From positions 55,339,972 through 55,403,971 of the forward strand of contig NC_068984.1 of the NCBI RefSeq assembly GCF_001194135.2: a DNA stretch of 64,000 nt, in the 5' to 3' direction. The notes beneath the pieces are model-generated. The model made no database searches, was not told where the DNA came from, and worked only from the letters and a program-made list of their open reading frames with translations. This document shows positions 38,666 through 51,539 of the stretch, piece after piece. Position 1 is the stretch's first letter. The number at the start of each line of letters is the position of its first letter. Origin of the DNA: Octopus bimaculoides (lineage: Eukaryota). The translations under genes and the position numbers were made by a program.

Positions 38666-39023
38666 AGACGCAGTCGTGGCTGAGTGATAGGAAGCTTGCT
38701 TCCCGACGAAATGTTTCCAGATTCAGTCCAACCGCGTGGCAAATTCTGAGTGGATTTGCTAGATGGGAACTCAAAGAAGCACATCGTATATATGTGTGTG
38801 TATTTGCGTGTTTGTTTGTGTATGAGTGTGTGTGTGTTTGTATCTGTGTTTGTCCTCTTACCCATTTGACAACTGGTGTTGGTGTGTTTACGTTCCCATA
38901 ACTTTGCAGTCGACAATAGAGGCCGATAAGATAGGTGCCAGATTTTAAAAATCGATTCATTCGATTAAAGGATTCTTCAAGGCGGTGTGTTCAGCATGGC
39001 CGCACTCTGATGCCTGAAACAAG
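38666..39023 (+). mobile_element. tRNA-derived SINE family B with internal (TG)-rich tract
   Basis: Head GTGGCTGAGTGATAGGAAGCTTGCTTCCC...GATTCAGTCCAACCGCG. Body GAGTGGATTTG...AAAGAAGC. Tail AAGGCGGTG...CAGCATGGCCGCA...GAAACAAG. Confidence 0.75.
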
Positions 39024-39034
39024 TTAGGCATATA

Positions 39035-39865
39035 CAGGGTGCGTTGAATAAAGTTTCGTCTAAATTACGCAAAAATGAAAATAACATTGACATGCCATTT
39101 TAAAAGGTATATTTACTAAAATTACATAGAAATAGCTTGAAATACTAATCAGTAAATGTATTTAATATAGATCGTCATTGGCTTCAACCATTGCCTGTAG
39201 ACGACTTCGGATTTTCCTGCAACTCTTCTAGACGGTCTCCTTGTTTAAGTCGTGAATGGTGCCATAATTCTTGCCTTCAGTTCATCTTTGGTGTTACAAG
39301 GAGTTTTGTTAGTTTCTCGCTCAACTGCACCCCCAACACACACGATCGAGCTGTAGTCTGGGGAGTTAGGTGACCAGATGTTAAGGGTGATGTGGTCGCA
39401 GAAATTGTTTGACAGCCATGACTGGGTTCTCCTGCTTGTGTGTCATAGTGTAGAGTCTTGTGCCAGACATAGGGTCTTCCAGCAGCCATAGGGTCTTCCT
39501 CCAGGCACTTGATGTAGGCCTCCGTGTTGATGAATGGAGGTATAATATGCCATAACTAGTGGTCGCTCCAATCTCCTTTGTAATCACCGTTAGACTCATC
39601 CAACTCTTTCCGAACCCTCTGCACTCTCCCCAGATTGACACCCAAACACACTGAAATGTTCGTATTGGAGTTGCCCGCACGAATGCCAAGCGGTACAGCA
39701 TGTCGTTTCCAAATTTTTGGCAGAGTGAATTACGTTACTGTGCTGTGTTTCCGATAGACGGTGTCCAAAGAACCATTCTAAACTGTGAAGACGACAAACT
39801 CAGAATCAAACTATGCGCATGAAATAAAAAATATAAAATGGCAACAATTTACCAAATGCTCCCTG
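39035..39865 (-). mobile_element. Internally deleted DD37D (maT)-type Tc1/mariner element
   Basis: Degenerate CAGGG-initiated TIRs with TA flanks. Minus-strand RPYVW..D...WLSNNFCDHITLNIWSPNSPD...AVERETNKTPCNTKDELKARI. Confidence 0.8.
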
Positions 39866-39969
<104 letters not shown>

Positions 39970-41215
39970 CAGAGAGTGCGCAAAGTATATGAGTACATAT
40001 CTTTTGGGGGTCATTGCTGCATTTTTTGTTAACTCTGTATAATGTTTGTTTCAGAAAATAATAATGCCAGACACGTAACCTCAGGAAGAAGCATGCTGTC
40101 ATTGTGGTTATAAATTCTCAGCATGGCGATTTAGAAATATCTCGATTTTTAAAAGTTGCCACTCCGTTCGTCTACAAAGTTTGTAAGTAGCTAGAGACTT
40201 AAGATGGAAGGGTACCACCAGTATCAAAGCATAAAAAGCACTCTTAATGCTCTGAAAATATCAGACACCTGAATTTATCCAGAGTTTCAATTGATTACAA
40301 TCGGAACATTGATTACAATCCCAGAAATTCCATGAGAACAATTGCAAAAGATGTCCATGTGTCAGAAGGGACAGTCAGAAATGTTGTCCACCAAGACATC
40401 AGATATAAGTTTTATATGATTAGGAAAAGTCATTTTGTCAGGAAAAAAGCAAACGAACATCACTACATCAGATCTAAAAGACTCTTAGACAAATTGTCCA
40501 GTATCAAGCAGAAGAAATTTGATTTGGTTTTTCTGAAACGAGAAAAACATCGACCAAGATCAAAAAGTTAACAGAAGAAATGAAGGTTATGGGATGAACT
40601 TTCTGAAGTCCCAAGTGTTATGCATACAAAATTTCCTGCAACTGTGATTGTTTTATGGTTTGTCAGCAATGACGGACATGTGATACCTCCTTACCTCTTT
40701 CCACAAGGCCTTAGAGATAACTCTGCCGCCTATATTGAGGTCCTGGAAATAATTGCGAAGCCCTGGTTAGACAGTGTATTCAGTGGAAGGCCATATATGT
40801 TTCAGTAAGACTCTGCATTATCACACATGGATCAAGTAACACAAGAATGGATGGCTGAAAATTTTCATGATCTCATAACATTTGGCCTCCTCATTCTCTA
40901 GATCTCAATTCATTGGACTATTACATGTGGAGCGTTGTTGTGAGAGAGGTCACTGAATACGCGTATACCACCGAAGATTCTTTGAAATCTGCTATAGTCA
41001 GAGATAATGTCCAAAATTAACCAGATCTCATATAGATCTCATATAGAAGCAGTTGTTGAAGCTGAAAGCGGCTTTATAGAATAACATTATAGAAAAGAAG
41101 ATTTGTTTTTATCCTCATAGCATTTTCGATAAATAAAGTTATTATCTGTTATATACCTGTTTTTGTTTTTGTTTTTAGAAACATAAATTTGTCCTCAAAT
41201 ACCTTACGCACCTTG
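39970..41215 (+). mobile_element. Near full-length DD37D (maT)-type transposon; transposase pseudogene
   Basis: TIRs CAGAGAGTGCGCAAAGTATATGAGTAC / reverse complement CAAGGTGCGTAAGGTATTTGAGGAC, with TA flanks. HTH SMRTIAKDVHVSEGTVRNVV, then WFF*NEKN, MHTKFPATV, RPYMFQ*DSA and WPPHSLDLNSLDYYMWS. Confidence 0.9.
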
Positions 41216-41218
41216 TAT

Positions 41219-41272
<54 letters not shown>
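41216..41272 (+). repeat. (TAGA)n
   Basis: Direct reading. Confidence 0.95.
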
Positions 41273-41309
41273 TATCCTCCCCCCCCAAAAAAAAACAAGA
41301 AAAACTACA

Positions 41310-41437
41310 AGTAAAAAAACAACAACGTGAGGACATGGTGCATGCAAAGTATTAGCAGACGCTAAGGGAAGAAAAGAAAGGTAGTTTCACGTTTCGAGCA
41401 AGCTCTTCGTCAAAGGAGAATCCAAAAGAAAAGGAAG
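41310..41437 (-). mobile_element. Possible Penelope-like element terminal fragment with hammerhead-like motif
   Basis: Minus strand TTGACGA-A-GAGCTTGCTC-GAAACGT...GCGTC. Truncated by an N gap. Confidence 0.4.
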
Positions 41438-42148
41438 NNNNNNNNNNNNNNNNNNNNNNNNNNNNNNNNNNNNNNNNNNNNNNNNNNNNNNNNNNNNNNN
41501 NNNNNNNNNNNNNNNNNNNNNNNNNNNNNNNNNNNNNNNNNNNNNNNNNNNNNNNNNNNNNNNNNNNNNNNNNNNNNNNNNNNNNNNNNNNNNATATATA
41601 TATATATATATATATATAAAAGAAAATATGGGATTAAAATATCCTGCCAGATATCAAGTAAGCACTCAATATAAAGGAATAAGGTCAAATTTCCAACCAG
41701 CAGATACAAGTAAATGTACGTAGAATACAAACCCCAGGTAAATCCTCAAGTATGACACGTAAATCCAACACTCTTTATGTAGAATTTCAGGAAATTCAGC
41801 GTATTAACAACACTCAAGAATATGTACGAAGAAAATCATATTTTTATTTTAGATGGCACTTTCAAAATCCAACAATTGTTTCAATTGCATTAACATATAC
41901 ATACATACACACACACACCTATATATATATATATGTATATATGTATATATTCATATATANNNNNNNNNNNNNNNNNNNNNNNNNNNNNNNNNNNNNNNNN
42001 NNNNNNNNNNNNNNNNNNNNNNNNNNNNNNNNNNNNNNNNNNNNNNNNNNNNNNNNNNNNNNNNNNNNTTATATATATATATTCATATACACATATAGAT
42101 ATAGATAAATATAGATACAGGTACATATGTACATAATATTATTGATTG

Positions 42149-42192
<44 letters not shown>

Positions 42193-44374
42193 TTAGTTGG
42201 GGGCAATGTCTAATTTCATTGTCCATTGATATGAAACCTTTAATGAACGTACTGTTGCTAATTGCTTTAGCAGAGTTAAATTTATTGATATTTGCAACCA
42301 TGAAATTTAAGTGAAATTCAGGTGATTTCATTCTCTAATTCTGCATTAAACTATTATTTTATTTAGCCTAAATTGACTTTAGGATCGCAGAATTTCTATG
42401 GATGAGCTTTTAAGAATTATAACAAATTATCTAAGACATGCAGTATTAATTTTCGTGTACCACTTTAACTTTCACCTACTACAGTGCTGTAAATTATTAG
42501 TGAATTCCTTCCGAGAGATACTAATTTGATTTTAAAATCTAATAGAATAAATTTAGACTTTCTTATGTAGATATCGTATTTAAACATATTCAACAACTAA
42601 TTATGTCAGACAGAAAAATTAATATCTTTTATGAAAGCATTAGATGAATTCTGTGTAAGTGAATCATTGAAATTTATTGCTCCAGACAACTTACCACAAG
42701 CGTCCCGATTTTATTCTTTTTTTTGAGATTGATAATGGAATCAGTGACGTTGTATTGCCCTATTTTACTTTAGCACTTCTTCAGCAGCATGCTTACACAT
42801 CTGAAGCACTTTAATATCTATCTAAATTGATTTTTATCAAACATATTGTGTTTTCTAGCATAATAGAGTTTAAAATGAAACCACTTGATTCTGATACTTC
42901 TTATATTAATAATATTGAATTAGCAACAGATGACAGTTTCTTTGTCTCCCAACAGCATGTGTGTGTGTTAAGGAATGACTGAATTTGATTAATGCGTTTT
43001 CATCTTTAGAAGGGAAGCTCACGTCTTGAGGATTAATTAACTGCTCGCTTATATTAGAAAACGCGTCCACTCGTTTATTATTTATCACACAAAACGGACA
43101 GGTTAAATAGGTTCAATACGCTATTAAGGAACAACTAAGAAAAACAAAACTGTTGACAATCTCTCTCACAAACCGAAACCGAAATATCTATTCATTTATA
43201 CAGATTATAAAAAGCAGAAAGCAGAAGAAGCATGAAATTTTGTTCTGAAATATTAATATTGACTGTCTAAATGCTGACTTTTAAGTCGTATGACATGAAA
43301 AAGCATAACTTCACCAAGAGCTGGCTATTATTCTATCTATTATGTTTAAGCAAAGTAGAATCTAATATAGTTCTAATAATTTTGAGCATTATATTCTTAG
43401 AGGACAATTTATTTATCTTATCTTTGAAGTATTATGCATTGTCGATCAGGAGTACTTTAGTAGAATACAAAGGAATGTTTACTTCTGTTTCTTGTCACAA
43501 ACGCTAGCAATATTCTTTGTCTATTGACCACAAGGACAGCAAAAACAAAAACAGACAATATAAAATGAAAGGAAAATGGAGATGGGGATTTACATAGAAA
43601 ATTTCAAATAACTAAGAACAATAACAATATGTGAATAAATCTGACAAACGAATTTCCCAGTTAGGAAGAAAAGGCTACCCTGGAACATTGTACTCGCCAG
43701 GAGTACCGGGGAAAGTGTCTTTCTCTCTTCTCCGTATTCTTCAGTCAACAAGCGCCAACTTAGCGTTGGCCCATTCACTCGACCCACTTCGCCACACTCA
43801 CCCACTTCTGAACAAAGTTTTAGATGAGGGAGCACATCCCTCTCAACCCTCACCTTTCTTTTTAAATGGGATTTGAAAAAGTCGATGGGGGATTAACTGA
43901 AGAGAAAAGTATTTGTCTTTATTCCTTTCCTTCCCTCCCATCACACAAACTCTTTTGCCATAGCCAGCAGACAATAGAAAACTACTTGCTCTTCCTGGTC
44001 AAAGGAGAGCACCGTAGGGGTCTTGTACTTACATTATATTATGTCATATAAATATACATTTTACTCTAGAGCTTCTAGAATTAAATTCGAATTAAATTCA
44101 ACCCAAGCATCATCATTTTTATAGCAGTTTATGTTTTATACAATATCTCTATATACAACATACTGGCCGTTTCGCCACTATTTCAGGACTAATAAATTTA
44201 CGTAACACTGACAGGTTGCAAATTGCTATCACTTCCAAGGCGATTTCGTTCCACCTAGGTCTGAAGTATAGATATATCATTTAAAGAATAACAAATATGT
44301 AAAGGTCTTTTTCTTATGGTTTCCCGGACGAAAACTGTAGCTTCTACTCTTTGAATGACACACATACGCTAATC

Positions 44375-44520
44375 ATTTCTACAAAAGGTACAGGAGCCTG
44401 AAAGTTTGGCGGAGATGGATAATTGAGCCCAGTTCTTGAATAGTACTTATTTTAGACTCCAGGAAGGCAAAGTCATCCTCGATGGAATTTAAACTCAGAA
44501 CGTAAAGACGGTCGAAATGC
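44375..44520 (-). mobile_element. SINE family A lacking its 5' head (interrupted by the AAT array)
   Basis: TAGTACTTATTTT...GGCAAAGTCATCCTCGATGGAATTTAAACTCAGAACGTAAAGACG, then abruptly (AAT)n. Confidence 0.8.
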
Positions 44521-44525
44521 TAAAG

Positions 44526-44531
44526 ATAATA

Positions 44532-44598
<67 letters not shown>

Positions 44599-44607
44599 TA
44601 ATAATAA
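44526..44607 (+). repeat. (AAT)n
   Basis: Direct reading. Confidence 0.95.
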
Positions 44608-45158
44608 ATGCCCGAATGCAGTACCAAACATTGGCTCTCATGGCTTCTGATCTTAATTGATTGGAAGTGTTATCATGTACATTGTCTTGGTATAAAGGAT
44701 GGGCTACAGTAAATATTCTGCTTAATACCACAGATTTGCTTGTCAGTTGTTTTACCTTAACCAGTTGAGCATGTCCCTTGGTGGCTGACGATATGTTCAT
44801 CTCTGATCATGAGCAGAAGTAGTGGGGGAGCATCATACGCATGTCTTGAGAGGAATTGTTTGGGGCTTGAATAATTCACCTTTGGAAACATGGGTGTTTT
44901 GCTCAATATCCTTAAACAAACATTATTTAGGGACCTTTTGAGCGGGATGGGTTACTCGACCTGAAGAAAATTCTAACTGGGCTCCATCTGCAAGGTCATG
45001 CATTGTTTATCTCCATATGAGATCACCATGTCGTGCACATATGGTTGTGATGCATGTGCCTGGTGTATCCTTATCAGATGGGTAGTAATGATGGATATAC
45101 TGAGCTTTGTATATTTTACTCCAGTGTGACTTTGATGGCATGCACTGCTCTCTCACTC
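44608..45158. mobile_element. Non-coding interspersed element (about 550 bp) inside (AAT)n, copy 2
   Basis: Colinear with 15778-16348, in the same orientation relative to the AAT strand. Confidence 0.85.
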
Positions 45159-45170
45159 AATAATAATAAA

Positions 45171-45228
<58 letters not shown>
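45159..45228 (+). repeat. (AAT)n followed by a 628-nt N gap
   Basis: Direct reading. Confidence 0.95.
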
Positions 45229-45856
45229 NNNNNNNNNNNNNNNNNNNNNNNNNNNNNNNNNNNNNNNNNNNNNNNNNNNNNNNNNNNNNNNNNNNNNNNN
45301 NNNNNNNNNNNNNNNNNNNNNNNNNNNNNNNNNNNNNNNNNNNNNNNNNNNNNNNNNNNNNNNNNNNNNNNNNNNNNNNNNNNNNNNNNNNNNNNNNNNN
45401 NNNNNNNNNNNNNNNNNNNNNNNNNNNNNNNNNNNNNNNNNNNNNNNNNNNNNNNNNNNNNNNNNNNNNNNNNNNNNNNNNNNNNNNNNNNNNNNNNNNN
45501 NNNNNNNNNNNNNNNNNNNNNNNNNNNNNNNNNNNNNNNNNNNNNNNNNNNNNNNNNNNNNNNNNNNNNNNNNNNNNNNNNNNNNNNNNNNNNNNNNNNN
45601 NNNNNNNNNNNNNNNNNNNNNNNNNNNNNNNNNNNNNNNNNNNNNNNNNNNNNNNNNNNNNNNNNNNNNNNNNNNNNNNNNNNNNNNNNNNNNNNNNNNN
45701 NNNNNNNNNNNNNNNNNNNNNNNNNNNNNNNNNNNNNNNNNNNNNNNNNNNNNNNNNNNNNNNNNNNNNNNNNNNNNNNNNNNNNNNNNNNNNNNNNNNN
45801 NNNNNNNNNNNNNNNNNNNNNNNNNNNNNNNNNNNNNNNNNNNNNNNNNNNNNNNN

Positions 45857-46166
45857 GGAAAATCTTTCAAAATACAAAGACCTGGAAATAGAGATAACTC
45901 GAATGTGGAATCTAAAAACAGAAACAATTCCTATCATAGTAGGTGCCTTAGGTATAATAAAAAAATATTCAGACAAATACATAACAAAAACACCAGGACT
46001 TACAAATATATATAACATACAGAAAATTGCACTACTGGGTACTGCACACATTCTACGCAAAACACTTTCAATACAGTAAACATAAGAGCACCACAGCAAA
46101 CCACAGCACATACCCAAGGCGCACAGAGTGAAGTGAAAGCATGTTATAAAAATAAAACTACTGAAC
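45857..46166 (+). mobile_element. 3' end of an apparently young R4/Dong-like LINE (open RLE C-terminus, 3' UTR, AAT tail)
   Basis: 45858-46079 is uninterrupted: ENLSKYKDLEIEITRMWNLKTETIPIIVGALG...LLGTAHILRKTLSIQ*. (AAT)n at 46167-46191. Confidence 0.9.
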
Positions 46167-46191
46167 AATAATAATAATAATAATAATAATA

Positions 46192-46900
46192 GAGGTTGGA
46201 AGGCAAGTCGACATCAAGAGAGGAATCTTTCAAGGAGATTCGGTTTCACACTTACTGTATACCTTTAGTATGATACTGCTCTCCATGGTTCTGAGAAAGA
46301 TGGAAATTGCGTACAAACTGCGGAAAAACATGAAACTAGTAATTCATCGGATGTTTCTGAAAGATTTGAAGCTTTACGCTGCTAATAGTGGTCGACTGGA
46401 TTCCATTATTCATTTTGTGCGAATTTTATCTCAAGATACCCAGATAGAATTTGATATAGAGAAATGTGCAACTGAGAAGGGTGCGAAAAGTTGATAGCAG
46501 TGGAGTTCAACCTCCAGATTATGAGCATTGATAAGATACGCAGCATCACCTCTGTGTATACCATGTGGAAAATCATCTGAGACAGTTATATAATTAGTGG
46601 TTGCTCAAAGTAGCCTAAAAGGAGTACAAAAACGCCATGAAAAAGCAGCAGTGCAAATGCACTGGAAGTTGTACAAGAAGTATGGGCTTAAATGTTCCAG
46701 AAAGTGGTATGAGTACAAACTTTTGCGAGAAGCAGAGAATGACCAAGTGAGACTCACATGTGATGTGCCAATATATACAGACAAAAGTCTTCAACATAAC
46801 CGATCAGATATCACTCCTACTAAGAGTCCGGAGAATGGTTCTGCATCAACGTAGTTGTTCGTCAGGTTTATATTGGGCTTTAGAAGAACAAAATCACCAC
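46192..46900 (+). mobile_element. 5'-truncated, internally deleted R4/Dong-like LINE fragment
   Basis: VDIKRGIFQGDSVSHLL, KDLKLYAANS, IEFDIEKCA, then KRHEKAAVQMHWKLYKKYGL...DVPIYTDKSLQHNRSDI. Confidence 0.85.
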
Positions 46901-48301
46901 AGAGAAATTGAACTGATAACACAAAAGACTACGTAAAAGCAGTGTCAGCTACAGCTAAATCCAGCTTGTTTGACTAGTTCATCCTCAGTGTCCTAAATGA
47001 AATTTTGATTGCGTTTGACTTGACACCAAGCCGAAAATTTTACTGTGGCTGCAGCGACAGCAGATATAGATTTAAAAGACACTGCCAGAATTTTATCATA
47101 GACATATGTCCAAGAGCTCTATATGATGAATTAATAGCAGTAATTTGATAAATATATTACTCATGAGATAACATACAATACCATATTCGTTTCTCTGGAA
47201 TATTTGTAAAATTAAAACTTGCATATAGAACACATGTTAATACTAAAATTTTTCAAAGCTAGTTTCTAACTAGTTCTAAAAATTTTTAGGTCGTATTAAG
47301 AAAAAGAATTATATCATCCTTTGACAGTTTAATTCAACCGAAACCGCTCAACGCAATCAAGAACCCAACTCTACAGTCAGCTTGAGAAACTGCGGCAACT
47401 ATTCAATCTAAAAAACGTACGTCTAGGAAATACTTCTCCACTCACTTTCACTTATGCACCTTGATTTCCGGTTCCCCTCCATGCTATAATGGAATGCATC
47501 TGCATAAGGTGTCGTTCGGAAACGATTAATTCTCAATAAAAAACGACATCTTAACCAGACAGACAACTTGTTTGTGCCGGTCGAAATTACATCATTGTTA
47601 GTTACAGCACAATCAACTTATTCATAAAAATAGCGATTACATATATTTAGCATGTTGAAATACAATACTATAAATTGTTTATTTACTGTTATAATGATGG
47701 AACTACATCCTATTGTTTCCTTACAAAATAAAAAGCTTTTGTCTGGATACGTTTCAGGGAATAATTCATATGGAGAACTTTCGCTAAATTGGTTTTGCAT
47801 AAAAACCTATTTGAATCAAATAGTAGCTTCAGATTGTAAGCCTAAGCCATTAGTCTTTACAGCATACTAATATGTAATACAAAACTACACACACACACAC
47901 ACATACACACACACACACACATACTCACACGTATGCATATGTATGTATATATATATATATATATTTATTTATAAACACATACATACATATATGTACGTGC
48001 CTTTATATGTATTCAAGTGTCTGCTTAGTTTATATTAGGACCATACTTTTCTTTTCTTTCTTTCCTTTGCTTTATGAGATAAACGTTTGGCAATAGCAAT
48101 CAAGTATGCAGCGAAACATAATAATGCATAATTAGTGTTCGACGTCGACGGGACCGTTTCTGTTCTTTGAATAATAGTACTCTTAATCTGTGTCCTGATC
48201 TAACACAACTACTTGACCCTTGATTTGCCTTTCATGACACCATTCTGCATCAAGCATTTGAGCCGAAACAGAATTTTGAAGTTGGTCCTCAAATTATCTG
48301 C

Positions 48302-48444
48302 AATTCGTTATCTAACACAATGCCATAAAAATCCTCACCGTAATAAAACAATGTGATGAAGCTCTGTAACTAATTCGTTATCTAACACAAAACCATAAAA
48401 ATCAACACCGTAATAAAACAATGTGACGAAGCTTTGTGACTAAT
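48302..48444 (+). repeat. Tandem duplication, 2 x 70 bp
   Basis: AATTCGTTATCTAACACAA... starts at 48302 and again at 48372. Confidence 0.95.
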
Positions 48445-48552
48445 ATATCCATTAAAATATCAATAAGATGATATTATAAAATTTGATATTACGAAGGATC
48501 CCAATCAAGCTATCTGGATTACTATTTTTGTATGTTGTTGACGCACAAAGAG

Positions 48553-48590
<38 letters not shown>

Positions 48591-48904
48591 GCAGTACTAT
48601 TGTAAGAAAATCCTATATGTCTCAAATCCTTAATTGTATATCTGATTTTTATTATAAACCTTTAACAAAATCAAACAATTCTCTGCAAATTTATGCATCG
48701 ATATAAATAAAAAAAATTATAAAACGTTAAATTTCCACTCGTTCTTATAATCTGTATGGCGCCGCAAACAAAAGAGCTTCCATGTAGTTACTTCTGCTGC
48801 AAGTATTAGAAATCAAATCTCTAGATTTCACCTTAAAATCAAATAAAATCGGAATGGCATATTGGATAACGTAATGCGAGTTAAATTAAATCCGAATAAA
48901 AGTT

Positions 48905-49715
48905 GGAAAGGCTCTACAGGACAGCGGCTTTACTGATAAAATCTTTTGTGACGCCCTGCCTGTATCGTCTAGTCGTAAGGATAGGTCTCAGAAAGTTTAT
49001 GCTCTCTAACTTCTCCCTTAATGTTACAACAAATGTATATAGAAAATTCTTGTACTTAATAAATAATCACTTTCCTAGAGCCCATACGTACAGTAAAATC
49101 TTTAACAGACACACAATGTGAATACATAAATCAATAGGCAACCGATAATTCAAGCCTGCTCTGGGTGCAAATGTAGAGACAAATCTAAATGTCCTCTAAA
49201 GCAGAAATACAATATACCCTCCGTTGTTTATGAAGCACAGGTACGCGCGAACTATGACGGTGGTCGAACAGAAATCAGGCGTTATATCGGAACCGTGGAA
49301 AAACTTTTAAATTTTAAACACCTTATTAAGAGATATTCCATTACGCTTTCGTATTTAACCGGGAAACTTAGAGACGGAGGGACCAACTACAAAATCAAAT
49401 GGAAAATCCTGTCCAAAACCGAACCCAGTATTAACAAATCAAAGAAATGTTCAATATGATTTCTTTAACACTAATATATCTTAAAGAACTTGAGAGCCTC
49501 CGACGACTACGTAAATTCCAGGAGCAAGATTCTTTGTTTATGTCCGCATGTTAAGATATAACTCTTGGGTGAATTTTAAAATTGGCAACTGGAAAAATCG
49601 TAATATCTCGTTTACGCCATTTTGAAATTTGTTATTGCAACTTTGGTTTTTCCTGTGTTTTTCTTTTGTCTTCTTCCTCATGAGTGTTGCTTGTCAAAAC
49701 GTGATCTTGCTCTTA
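48905..49715 (+). mobile_element. Penelope-like element 3' part: RT-distal linker and GIY-YIG endonuclease remnant
   Basis: NFSLNVTTNVYRKFLYLINNHFPRAHTYSKIFNRHT, CKCRDKSKCPL...SVVYEAQV and YKIKWKILSK. Confidence 0.8.
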
Positions 49716-50394
49716 ACTTGAAAAATGGCGAAATATATTAATGTTTCGTCCAGGAAACCCTGGGTAACTGTATTTCACAAGACTTGTGGTTGCTATTATA
49801 ACATTATTTTTATTCTCTTTGCAATACATGCGCGCGCGCTCACACGCATTGGAGGATACTTAAAGTTTAGACTATGTATAAAAACTTTAACTTTTGTATA
49901 TATGTATACTTACTTCTTCCCTCTGCACATGTACAGATACTGTCGCTGACACTAGACCGACGTCGGTCGTGATCAAGCAAATTTCAAATCATTTGGAAGA
50001 CTGAAACTTTCAAACTGTCATCATATAATATTTTTATCATTTGCAGTGACTCCAGAATCATATTATTCAAAGCTGTCCCTTTTCTAGGAAGTAGGGTGTA
50101 AATTGATAGAGAATATGTTTGTTACTTCTAGCGACTAATTAAATGCTTCTTCATTGATTCATATATATCATTGTTTAGATATGTCATGCGCGTGTCAGGT
50201 TACTATTATGTGGGTCCAAATGCGAGAAAGGATTGCTGGTATAAATATATTAAAACAATTATACATGTCTATTGACTAGAGGATATGTTTAAAGTTGTGT
50301 GTGTATTGCTGTGTGAAAGTGTATGCATATTTATCAGGTTATGTGGAAGGTCTATATACGAGTGCGAGTGGCATAAATATAGTAAGTGTATACG

Positions 50395-50894
50395 AATGCG
50401 TGTGTGTGTGTGAGTGTGTGTGCGTGTGTGTGTGTGTGTGCGTGCTCATGTGTGAGTGCACGTGTGTGTCTCTGCGGTCAGTTCTCATAAATAAGGTATT
50501 CACAATATAGCTTCGAAAAAAAATTATGAAGTGGAAATCGAAGCAGATTTATATAGCTGTTATCTATATACATACATATGTGTGTATGTATGTATGTGTG
50601 TGCATGATTGTGTGTGTGTGTGTATTCATATATTTTAATGTCTGTACGTATATATGTATGTATGTGTTTATATGTCCTAAACTCTGTATTTGGTTGTTAT
50701 GCTAAATTGTATGTCTTCTTCGCTTTTGATCACGTTCTTCTGAATATATTATTTGAAAAAAAATAAAAATGATTTTTCTACCATAGTTTAAACTGCGTGT
50801 GTGCTACTCTGTAGCATATATATGCCAAGACACACAGGTACACGTCAATATACATACACACTCGTATACACACACATTTATACATTTATATATA

Positions 50895-50938
<44 letters not shown>

Positions 50939-51075
50939 TATATATATAATTCAAATTGTTAGAATCTACAGGAAATCCTATTTTTCTAATCCTTTCACAG
51001 TTTGCGTTTGGTTTATTTCTATGTATATATGTGTGTGCGTACGCGTGTGTGTATGTGCGCGTGTTTGTTTGTGAG
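50395..51075. repeat. Degenerate TG / CA / TG microsatellite zone
   Basis: Direct reading. Confidence 0.8.
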
Positions 51076-51501
51076 CGTATGTGTAATTTTGTATGTTTGA
51101 GTGCTTATGTATATCTTTTCTTATTTATGTATGTCTGTTTGATAGTGTGTACGCATGAGTTTCTCTTTTTCTGAATTTTCGTTTTATTATTTTATGTACC
51201 TTGTATTTTTTCCATTCTATTTTGGCTAATATTTTGTTAATCAACTTTAGATGTGTGTCTGTCGTCATTTGTCTTATAATAGTATGAATGAAAATAAGAA
51301 GTAGTGTCAGAGTATAAGTGAGAGAGTAAACGAGAGGTAGAGACGTTGTAAACCATACATAGAGGAGAAAAGTCAATGAGAGATGTACCATAATGTAATG
51401 AGAGAATATGCGATTGTGCGAAATATCATGGTGAGAGAGGTGGGGATGATAAAATAGACAAAGAGTAGAAATAACCATATATATGTATTTATATGCGTGT
51501 C

Positions 51502-51504
<3 letters not shown>

Positions 51505-51539
<35 letters not shown>

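Noticed and set aside
42906-43088. 60-aa minus-strand ORF and a plus-strand acceptor at about 42955
   Set aside because: No homology recognised and no paired splice sites; expected by chance.
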